NCBI RefSeq assembly: GCF_009914755.1
Contig: NC_060928.1
From: the human T2T-CHM13v2.0 reference genome, Homo sapiens
DNA: 64,000 nucleotides
Direction: 5' to 3' (one strand)
Shown here: positions 39,051 through 49,610 of the stretch, in pieces
Numbering within the stretch: the stretch's first letter is position 1
Layout: each line of letters opens with the position of its first letter
Made by a program: the position numbers and the translations under genes
The notes under the pieces: model-generated
The model's input: the letters and a program-made list of their open reading frames with translations, nothing else
The model's database searches: none
What the model was told of the DNA's origin: nothing

Positions 39051-42039
39051 CAGGCCCTTTCTTCCATGAGAACTGTGGGGCTGTGGGGAGGGTTAAAAAA
39101 TAAAAAAATAAATAAAGCAGATAGAAGTAAGGAATGGTGAAGAAGAGGCAGAATTGACATCAATTTCTTAGCCTGTCACTGGGTCATCATTACAAACATT
39201 AGCATTATACTAGAGGTGTCTGCTGGCATCAGTGCTTGGGAATTTTAGTTAATAGAATGCTGACTGACACAAGGTTTGTTCCCAGGTATTTCTGCAGAAT
39301 GAAAGCTTCCAGGAGTGCAAGGCCATCCAGCTACATCCAGATTCTGTATTTAAAGGTGGATGCTTGGAAGACAGCTGGAGAGGCTGTGCTTGACTGGGAG
39401 TCTGGCAAGCTGCTTAGCATCCTCCTGAAGACACAATGAAAAGATCCTGTAGCACATTCTGTCAGGGGTTTGCAGGAGATAGGAAAGATTACCCTATTTG
39501 TTATATTTATTGGAGATATTATTATTTGTTTTATGCCGTGTGGAAGGAGGGCCAGAGCTATAATCTATTGATCATTTAGTTTTATGAAGTTCTCAAATGG
39601 GTGATCTGGTATTTTTCTGACAGAGAGGCTATGGTTCCTGAACACCAGTAATAAGGTTGTCATGTCATTTTCTTCTCGGTCTTTTTATCGCTTTTTATCT
39701 CTTTGCTGATATTACCTCTCCCCAACCTCACCTCCCTCTTGCTACTGTATTTTTTTTTAGGGCCATGTTTAGGACCAGGTTGATTCATTTCATAGAACCC
39801 ATCCTGTGCTTTTAAGAAATTACTCATCTTGGTTTTTCATGTTTCATCCTGTGATGAAACAGTCTGCCCACTGCAGTCACTATTGTAGTCTTCATAGACT
39901 TCATAGTAAACACAGGAATTTAACTGGGGGAGAAATAGGTCAGGGAAGCAGAGACCAAATGTTCATTTTGCAGCCACGGTGTGAGCAGATGGGTAACAGA
40001 ATGAAGTGGCTTTCTTTGTGGGCCTTGGTTTTCTGTGAACTCTTTCAGGATCTCCTGGGATTCATGCTCCTTCAAAATTCCCAAGTGTCTTGAGCAGACA
40101 AACATTGAGGACGGTGTCTTTCTAAGAGAAGACACCAAGGTTATTACCTTCCTATCTCCTCCCTTATCACACAGAAAATACGCTTGATGAGATACACTCT
40201 TTCACCCACTTAGTTATCTAGAAATGTGATAAAGAACACAAAATCTCCTTGGGAAACACTGCTAAACAGCTTGGCTCTCAACTGGTGACAAATAGCCCCA
40301 GGTGGTCACCAGTGGCCCCAACACAGACAAAACTCCATGCTTCCCTCGTGCCAGTCAGTCAGCCAGGTGAAGTGGTTTCAGATCATTCATAAGCTGGCAA
40401 TATATGACTTTGCTCCCAAGGAACACAGAGTTAACAAAGAAGCTGTTAACAGAATGTATCTACCTTTAAGGGAAAGAGTATAATGTGTGCAAGGACAGCA
40501 GAAAGATTAGCAATGGCATCTCGTACCCAGGCTAGTGAAGAGTTAAGCATTGAATGACTGTGGGAGGCTGGTGTTATAGCTGGGGAACAACTGCCTAATG
40601 TCTTTCAACCGGATTGTTTAGCAAAGCTTCATTATGAACGTAATTGTGTGCTTGCACAGGCACACCACACGGAGGGAACACTCACAGTAAAGGTATGATT
40701 GTATTGCCTGCTGCCATGCCAATTACTGGATATTAATGGCAGGATGGCATGCATATGCCGGAGCTGGGAAGCAGAAGGTTAATAGACAAACAGCACCAGA
40801 AGAGCCCATTTATCAGTTTCTATTTATCTCTCCTTGGGAGGTGGCAGGTTTACAGTAAATACCTTCTGTCCTCCTAATTTCCTAATGATGGGGATAATGA
40901 TGGAGAATGGTGAAGTCATTAACTGGGACAGGCTCTGTGCATCACTCTGTCAACCACATCTCCCCAAGACCTGCAATGAGAAGTGATGGGCCCCAGCTGT
41001 TCACCAGAATCTGAGCCCCTCCTCCCATCCCCTCCACTCTAAACTGCAGGCTTGGGAAATGGTTCCCCAAATGAAGAAGCTGGAGGCCCAGGGTATGCAA
41101 AGAATGAGAGAAGGAAAGCAAGTCTCTTCAGACAGGAGTAGAGCTCTTCCTGTTACTCTCCCTTTGCACAGAACCTGGAGGAAGTTGTGTTGACATATGC
41201 TGGAGTGCTTCTCCAGTGATGCCAAAGCTACCATGAAATATATGTAGAATTGGATAATGAATCAGTAATTAAAGTGAGTATGCTAGGGGAGGGTGGAGAA
41301 GCACATTTCACCCAATGTTCTTCTTTTTAAAAACTGGGAGACATCTACAAAATATATAAAGCATTTTCACAGCTCGCTTCAAAATGGGCTGCAGAGACTG
41401 GAGGAAAATCTCTTCTGCAGAGGTAAAGGTTTTTATTTTACAATCCTGAAGGTAGACGGAAACAGCTTAGATTGACTTGGCTGTGATTTTAAATTTATTC
41501 CTAATAGTGGTTACAAAGTATCTACTTCATCTAACTGTTTATACATAGTCTTTTGACTTAGTTATTGCCTAAAAGTAAGTGGTAACTTGGTTTTGCCTCA
41601 GTAATTTACAGAGCCTTTAAAGAAGGATGACTTTCTTTTCTTTTCTTTTATTTAGGAAGCACATTATCTATTTCTAGAATTTACTCTCTATTAATTGAGG
41701 AAAGCTGTTATTTTACCTATAGGTGGTAGGATTATTTTGCTAGCAATAATGGAGAAGTACTTAAGCCAACAACAGCAAAACATGAAAGTATATCCTGGTG
41801 GCATGAAAGAATCTCAAGATCAGAGACATAGTTGGGCCTCAGGAGTAGACTGAGAAAACTTATCATCTTAACTGAAAATTGTAGCACCATCTTTCTCTTG
41901 CACGTCTTGCTGCTCTCTAACCACGGTTTTTTCCCCTTTCTATACACCTATGTTCTATTGTTCTTAGAATACAGAATGGGAAATAGAATTTCTTACAGTG
42001 CACAGTTTTATTATTTCAGATCCAGCTGAACAACTGAAC

Positions 42040-42590
42040 TTTTTTTTAAGAGGCAGGGTTTTACTTTGATGTGGGGGCTGGAGTGTAGTGGTGCAAACAT
42101 AACTCAGCTCATTGCAGCCTCAAAGTCCTAGACTGATCCTCCTCTATCAGTCTCCCTAGTAGCTAGAATTATAGGTGTGCACTACCATACCTGCCTATTA
42201 CTTTTTTTTTTGAGACAGGCTGGTCTTGAACTCCTGGCCTCAAGTGATCCTCCTGCCTGGGGTCTCCCAAAGTGCTAGGATTACAGGTATTGTAATCCTA
42301 GCACTTTGGGAGGCTGAGGCGGGCGGATCACAAGGTCAGGAGTTCAAGACCAGCCTGCCTAACATGGTGAAACCCCGTCTCTACTAAAAAATACAAAAAT
42401 TAGCTGGGCGTGGTGGCACGCACCTGTAGTCCCAGCTACTTGGGAGGCTGAGGCAGGAGAATTGCTGCAACCTGGGAGGTGGAAGTTGCAGTGAGGCAGG
42501 ACACCCCACTGCGCTCCAGCCTGGGCAACAGAGCAAGACTGTTTCAAAAAAAGAAAAAAAAATTACAGGCATGAGCCACCATGCCTGGCC
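42040..42590 (-). mobile_element. AluJ, interrupted near its 5' end by a sense Alu
   Basis: Degenerate antisense Alu at 42040-42290, resuming at 42562 (ATTACAGGCATGAGCCACCATGCCTGGCC). Confidence 0.88.
42291..42561 (+). mobile_element. AluS, 5'-truncated by ~23 nt, inserted antisense into the AluJ
   Basis: Starts TGTAATCCTAGC; A tail; TSD attacagg(t/c)at at 42280-42290 and 42562-42572. Confidence 0.93.
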
Positions 42591-42799
42591 AGAAATCATC
42601 TGATCTTTATCATCTGTCTCTGTTTCTCTTTCTCCTACCTCCCATTTGAGGGGTGAAACTTTGGCCCAGTTTTGTCTCTTATAGCTAGGGTACTGGAATT
42701 AGTCACATGATTATGGGTGCTGGAGGATGGAGGTATGAGGTATGGGGAGTCACCAAGTCACCAAAGAAGGGGAAACGGAAGGGAAATTGTGAGCTATTA

Positions 42800-42807
42800 A
42801 GACAGCT

Positions 42808-42873
<66 letters not shown>

Positions 42874-42964
42874 AGAGAGAGAATAGACAACTTATTTTAT
42901 ATATATACATACATATATATACATATATACACATATATGTATGTATACACACACACACCCCCAC

Positions 42965-43011
<47 letters not shown>
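42800..43011. repeat. Compound (TA)n/(GA)n microsatellite array including perfect (TA)~29
   Basis: Directly visible. Confidence 0.96.
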
Positions 43012-43012
<1 letters not shown>

Positions 43013-43149
43013 GTGGTAAGAAATCAGGGAAGAGTACAGTCCCATCAGGACTTACGTTTTGGGAAATTTACTTCAACAACACTTAACAGTTATAAAAGCT
43101 CTTAACATCAGTCTAAATCAAGTCCAATGATAGGGATACATATCAAGAA

Positions 43150-43295
43150 CATCAGTTCTATGATAGGGATAATAGTATCTGCACCATACCTATTAAATGG
43201 GGAGTCATGAGGATTAAATGAGATGATGTTTCTGAAGTGCTCGATCAGTACCCCACCTAGAAAAAGTTTCCTAATATGTGGTAGCTATTATAGTT
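43150..43295 (+). mobile_element. MIR 3' fragment
   Basis: GGGATAATAGTATCT..ATGAGGATTAAATGAGATGATG. Confidence 0.7.
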
Positions 43296-43321
43296 GTCAG
43301 TGTGAGTTTTCCAAGTTTGAT

Positions 43322-45605
43322 AGTATCAGTCCATTCTCTCATTGCTATGAAGAAATAACTGAAGCTGGGTAAGTTATCAAGAAAAGAGGTTTAATTGGCT
43401 CATGATTCCACAGGCTGTACAGGAAGCATGAGGCTGGCATCTGCTTAGCTTCTCAGGGGGCCTCAGGAAAATTATAATCATCATGGAAGGCGAAGGGGAA
43501 GCCAGCACTTCACATGGCTGGGTCAAAAGGAAGAGAGAGATGGGGAAGTGCTACACACTTTTTTTTTACTCTTTAAATTTTATTTATTTATTTTATTGTA
43601 CTTTAAGTTCGGGGATACATGTGCAGAACGTGCAGGTTTGTTACATAGGTGCACCTGTGCCATGGTGGTTTGCTGCACTCATTAACCCATCATCTACATT
43701 AGGTATTTCTCCTAATGTGTCCCTCCCCTAGCCCCCTACCCCCCAACAGGCCCTGGTGTGTGATCTTCCCCTCCCTGTGTCCATGTGTTCTAATTGTTCA
43801 ACTTCCACTTATGAGTGAGAACATGCAGTGTTTGGTTTTCTGTTCCTGTGTTAGTTTGCTGAGAATGACAGTTTCCAGTTTCATCCATGTCCCTGTAAAG
43901 GACATGAACTCACCCTTTTTTATGGCTGCATAGTATTCTGTGGTGCATATGTGCCATATTTTCTTTATCCAGTCTATCATTGATGGCCATTTGGGTTGGT
44001 TCCAAGTCTTTGCTATTGTGAACAGTGCCACAATAAACATATGTGTGCATGTGTCTTTATAGTAGAATGACTTATAATCCTTTGGATATATACCTAGTAA
44101 TGGGATTGCCAGGTCAAATGGTATTTCTGGTTCTAGATCCTTGAGAGATCGCCACACTGTCTTCCACAATGGTTGAACTAATTTACACTCCCACTAACAC
44201 TGTAAAAGTGTTCCTGTTTCTACACATCCTCTCCAGCATCTGTTGTTTCCTGACTTTTTAATGATTACTATTCGAACTAGCGTGAGATGGTATCTCATTG
44301 TGGTTTTGATTTGCATTTCTCTAATGACTAGTGATGATGAGCTCTTTTTCACATGTTTATTTACCACATAAATGTCTTCTTTTGAGAATTGCCTGTTCAT
44401 ATCCTTTGCCCACTCTTTGATGGGGTTGTTTGTTTATTTCTTGTAAATTTGTTTAAGTTTTTTGTAGATTCTGAATATTAGTCCTTTGTCAGATGAATAG
44501 ATTGCAAAAATCTTCTCCCATTCTGTAGGTTGCCTGTTCACTCTGATGATAGTTTCTTTGCTGTGCAGAAGCTCTTTAGTTAAATCTCCTTAAGCTGATA
44601 AGCAACTTTAGTAAGGTCTCAGGACACAAAATCAATGTGCAGAAATCAAAAGCATTCCTATACACCAATAATAGACAAGCAGAGAGCCAAATCATGAGTG
44701 AACTCCCATTCACAATTGCTACAAAGGGAATAAAATACCTAGGAATACAACTTACAAGGGATGTGAAGGACCTCTTCAAGGAGAACTACAAACCACTGCT
44801 CAAGGAAATAAGAGAGGACATAAACAAATGGAAAAACATCCCATTCTCATGGATAGGAAGAATCAATATCCTGAAAATGGCCATGCTGCACAAAGTAATT
44901 TATAGATTCAATGCTATCCCCATCAAGCTACCATTGATTTTCTTCATAGAATTAGAAAAAACTATTTTAAATTTCATATGGAATAAAAAAAGAGTTTGTA
45001 TAACCAAGACAATCCTAAGCAAAAAGAACAAAGCTGGAGGCATTATGCTACCTGACCTCAAACTATACTACAAGGCTACAGTAACCAAAACAGCATGGTA
45101 CTGGTACCAAAACAGATATATAGATCAATGGAACAGAATAGAGGCCTCAGAAGTAACACTACACACCTACAACCATCTGATCTTTGACAAACCTGACAAA
45201 AACAAGCAATGGGGAAAATATTCCCTATTTAATAAATGTTGTTGGTAAAACTGGCTAGCCATATGCAGAAAACTGAAACTGGACCCCGTCTTCATACCTT
45301 ATACAAAAATTAACTCAAGATGGATTAAAGACTGAAGACCTATAACCATAAAAACCCTAGAAGAAAACCTAGGCAATACCATTCAGGACATAGGCATGGG
45401 CAAAGAATGACTAAAACACCAATAGCAATGGCAACAAAATGCTACATGCTTTTAAACAACCAGATCTCATTAGAACTCACTCACTATCATGAAAACAACA
45501 CCAAGGGGGACATCTGCTCCCATGATCCAATCACTTCCCACCAGGCTCCACCTTCAACATTGGAGATGACACGAATTGTATGTGACATGGATCCAAACCA
45601 TATCA
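43322..45605 (-). mobile_element. MSTA-type (MaLR) solo LTR split by an L1PA (pieces 43322-43562 and 45440-45605)
   Basis: AAGAGGTTTAATTGGCTCA..CACAGGCTGTACAGGAAGCATG on the left; TTTTAAACAACCAGATCTC..CCAAACCATATCA on the right. Confidence 0.88.
43563..45439 (-). mobile_element. L1PA (about PA6-8) with 5' inversion (3' end minus 43563-44582; inverted piece plus 44583-45439)
   Basis: ORF2 C-terminus on - (43798-44169) and a 203-aa ORF2 piece on + (44637-45248); TSD tgctaca(ca/tg)ctttt at 43549-43562 and 45440-45453. Confidence 0.94.
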
Positions 45606-45649
45606 GACATGTTTCTGTTCTCCAAAGGTGAACAAGTCGTTTATAGCAA

Positions 45650-46140
45650 ACGTGGCAGACTGTATTTTCAGAAATGGCCATAGCAGTATTTCTGACCCTA
45701 CATGCTCTTCTGGATTATAGCCACGCCCACAAGAGGTGGATTTATTTCCCTTTCTTTTGAATTTGGGTGGGTCTTTATGACTGCCTTGATGAACAGAATG
45801 CATCACAAATGATACAAAGTGATGCTAGATCCTGAGATACAATACATTCCACCTAGGGCCAGCTTCATGCGCATGGGATTTGTGCAATCACACAGGGTCC
45901 TGCACTCAGAAGGGCCTCACATTGGTTGAATGCTCTACTGTTATTGTTTTGAAATTCTTGGTATTTTTGGACAAGGGGCTTTCCATTTTCAGTTTCCACT
46001 GGGCTTTACAAATTATGTCACCAGTCTTGCTTCCACCTGGCTCTCTATCACTTGGGACACATATATTGTATGCCTGTAGACATCATGCTGGAGACATGGA
46101 GAAGCCATGTGGAGATTCCATTATAAAGAGAGGACATTCA
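45650..46140 (+). mobile_element. MLT1-type LTR fragment interrupted by MER45-like element
   Basis: GTGGCAGACTGTATTTTC..CACAAGAGGTGG..CCTTT..TTGAATTTGGGTGGG. Confidence 0.65.
45854..46029 (+). mobile_element. MER45A-like hAT-Tip100 MITE
   Basis: TAGGGCCAGCTTCATG..CAAATTATGTCACCAGTCTTG, 176 bp, with 8-bp TSD attccacc/cttccacc as expected for hAT. Confidence 0.82.
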
Positions 46141-46811
46141 GATGTTTCTCCTCTCTGAAGAGCCATATTTTTGCTAAGACTTGAAGTCTATAAAACAGTT
46201 AATCAAGTGTATGCCAGGGAAGCTAGATACCCTGGCAGAAGCTAGAATGTTCAAAGACCCTGAGGTCAGAAAGGACTTTGCATTTTGGCTCCGTTTCAGG
46301 GACTGTGTTAATGTCTTTTTGTAATTGGTGGAAAGTTTGCATATGAAGGCCTAGAAAAACTTCAAGAAAACTTGAGAAAATATATTAATTTGTCTTTTCA
46401 AAAAATTAAGGCTTAGAAGTTTTATTTCTTCATTACCAGCCTCAGGCTTTCTCTCCTTTTCCTCTGTTCCTCCTTCTGAATATTTTTACATCTGTGATCT
46501 AAGTTTTTTTAAAAAAAGTAATCTTAAATGTTAGAGAAAAAGCCAAAACACTTGTTTTGTGTAAATACAAGAAAAATTTATCTTTGATTAACTGAGATGG
46601 CTATGTAAAGTAATAGTTAAATGTTATAGCATTCACAAAAAAACAAAAAAAAATATAGCATTCACTAAAATTCAAGCTATGAAAGATTCTTTTAGAGTTT
46701 GTTTATACATTCAGTTAATATATATTTGTTATGTTCCTCTCATGTTGATAACATAGTGCTTGGCCCTGGAAACACTCTCTGCTCTCTTGAGATGTTAAGA
46801 ATCTAGAGAAT

Positions 46812-47231
46812 AGCCATGGTTTGAATGTGTCTCCAAAAGTTCATGTGTTGGAAACCTAATCCCCAAGGCAACAGTGTTGAAAGCTTGGACTTTTAATAGG
46901 TGATTAGGTCATAAGGGCTCTGCCTTCATAAATGGATTAATGTCATTATTGTGGGAGTGAATTATATATTGTGGGAGTGGGTTAGATATTGCAGGAGTTG
47001 GCTCTTGATAAAATGATGAGTTTGGCCCTCTTTTCTCTCCATGTCATGTTTACTCTCTTGCCCTTCCACCTTTCACTGTGGGATGACACAGCATGAAGGT
47101 CTTCACCAGATGTGGGCCCCTTGATCTTGGACTTCCCAGCCTCCAGAGCTGTAAGAAATCAAAATCTGTTCTTTATAAATTACCCAGTTTCAGGTATTCT
47201 GCTATAGCAGCATAAAATGGACATTTAGACT
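46812..47231 (+). mobile_element. MSTB/MSTD-type solo LTR
   Basis: ATGGTTTGAATGTGTC.CCAAAAGTTCATGTGTTGGAAAC..GGACTTCCCAGCCTCCAGA..TATAAATTACCCAG. Confidence 0.88.
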
Positions 47232-48509
47232 GTAGATAAAATATGGGCAAATACAGCAGTAATTATATAGTTATTATATAGTAAAGACTCTGAAGGGGGA
47301 GGTACAGGTGCTGAAGCATCTCATATGGATTTATAATGAAGCCAGGGATTATTTCAATGTGAACATAGCACCATTATTGTATAAGGTAACATAGATCTTA
47401 TAATTTCAGAGAAAATGTTACCGTGGATTATTTACTTTGTGGCTTATCTATGATCAATATTTAATCTTAGGTTGCCTATCTCCTTGTTCTATGACACATA
47501 TTTAGGAGTACTTAGCAAATTCTTAAAGGGACAAATCTACTATAAAATACTGTTACCCAAAATGAATCACAAAAAGTAATACAAATAACATTTGGTTGAT
47601 CTGCTATTTGGAGATTCTGTGAGGAAAAGTGCCTAGCACAAATTCTAGTAAGTATGCATTAATTATTGGTTTATTTGTTTCTACTTTTTTTATTTTATGA
47701 GTGTAGAAAGTTGATTAGGTTCAGAAACTTAGGACATTAAGAAGAATATGAACAATAGGAAAGGCAGAAAATAATAAAATTGACAGGAAAAGGTATGAAA
47801 TCAGGAACTTGTCTATTTTGCTATAAGTTTATATTCTTTTCTTTCATTCTGAGTCATAATCTGTGATTTTTATCACTTATACGTTGGAAAAACAATGCTT
47901 TCAAAGGCTTCATGACTACTCTACAGAATATAAAATGAAATAAATCAGTGAGGATATGCTCCCTCCTAATAATAAAAATTTCCCTCTCAAGATCTGTTTA
48001 CTGATATTGGAACCATTTCCTTGAACCACTCTCAAAATTATATATTTTTTAAAAAAATTAATAAGACCCCCAATTGTATTGTGAAACTACTTATTAACTT
48101 TTTTTCCAAGGGAAAAAACAGTTTATCTGAGAACACAGTTGGCACTTTAATTATATGCTTTAAACACTTCCCTACAGATGCCAGGCAGCTATTTATTTTC
48201 TGGATTTTTTTCCCTAAGTCTCTGGTTGTTTGCACAGATGAGTTTTATTTAAACATATGATGAAAGTCAGTAACACTCAAAGTTTATTTTAAGAATATTT
48301 CCTTTACAGCCTCTCCTTCATGTACACAAGGGGGTCTCTATGTGGTTGGGAGGGTGGCAAAGGTTACCAAAATTACCTGGGGTCGCTTTTTCAAGCTGTC
48401 CATATCCTTCGCTCTTCTCTAGATTTAGAAGCACTTAAATAAATGTAAAACACCCTACCTCACCTTTAATTCCTGAGACTGAAAACTATAAGTCAGAATT
48501 AGTTGGGCA

Positions 48510-48725
48510 GTTACATAACAATCATGAAGAAACAGAATAGCAATCATAGAATACTAGTAGATTTAGAAGGGGTATTAGAGGCAATCTTGCTCAACTGTTA
48601 TTTTACAGCTAAGACTGCAGAGGCACAGAGAGCTTAAATAACTCAAATTTGGCAGGACTTTAACCAGAACTGCTGTCTCCTGACTCCACATTTCATTCTT
48701 TTCCATAAGACCACACTTGTTGCTC
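48510..48725 (-). mobile_element. MIR SINE
   Basis: ATTTTACAG..GAGGCACAGAGAG..GTCTCCTGACTCC. Confidence 0.65.
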
Positions 48726-49129
48726 TCTTAGTTCATATTAGATAGTGCAAATAACACCAATATGGAAACTCCAGCGAGCCAAGATGGATATACTTTCGTG
48801 GGTAGAACGAAAAGGAGATTTTGAAGATAGTTTCTGCTAATAGAAGACAGAATGCTTACTGTAACCTCAGTTGATGTAATTATATGAACTTGAGGTTAGA
48901 TGAAAAGGTGAAAGGTTGTGGGGATAGTGGGACAGGAAGCGTCAGTGGCTCAGGCAACATTGATCTGTTGCAGTGCCAGTCTCTAATCATTCAATCAGCT
49001 ATGTGTTGAACTAGATTCTATATGAGCTAATAAAAGTGTTACATGGTGGTACTCTACGGTTGGCACCACATTTTATACTCACTGGGAGATGGAAAAACAC
49101 ACAGGAGGTATATTGAAACTAGGTAGATT

Positions 49130-49610
49130 GGTAACCTTCACAAGATCCTTGTGTGTCTTGTTTACCATCTCATCTCATACATAGAACAGTACCTGGTATA
49201 TACTAGATGTTTAATAAATATTGATTTAATAAGTTATTAACATATGATTAAGAACATAGATAAATACAACAACAAATAAAGTCTCTAGGATTTTGGAAAG
49301 AGGCTGTAACCACCTGGGAAAACTTCACAGAAAATGAGAGTTTCAGATACTGAGAATAGAACCACTAAGAAGCAGAAAAGAGAAGATATTCTCGTGGGGG
49401 AGAACAACGGCTGGGAGGGGAGGAAGCATGGCCAAGGCAAAGAGGTGGGCATTAATAAGGTATGTTCCACGTTCTGGGGCTAATGAGAAGACAATGTTAG
49501 CTTTATTTCTTTTTACTTGGAATGATATATGTTATTTATAAGGTTAAGTGAGATTTTACACAGCTTTAATGCCTAGGCTGGCCCTGGACCTGGAAATTTG
49601 AGCCATTGAA
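49130..49610. mobile_element. L2 fragments
   Basis: TAGAACAGTACCTGGTATATACTAGATGTTTAATAAATATTG (sense 3' end) followed by antisense GCATGGCCAAGGCAAAGAGGTGGG. Confidence 0.55.

Noticed and set aside
41748-41852. 34-aa ORF MEKYLSQQQQNMKVYPGG.. with good Kozak context
   Set aside because: The length is expected by chance; no promoter, homology or other support is visible.
44637-45248. 203-aa ORF, the longest in the track, as a gene
   Set aside because: It is an internal L1 ORF2 fragment in the inverted part of a truncated L1. The same applies to 1072-1647 and 56234-56734.
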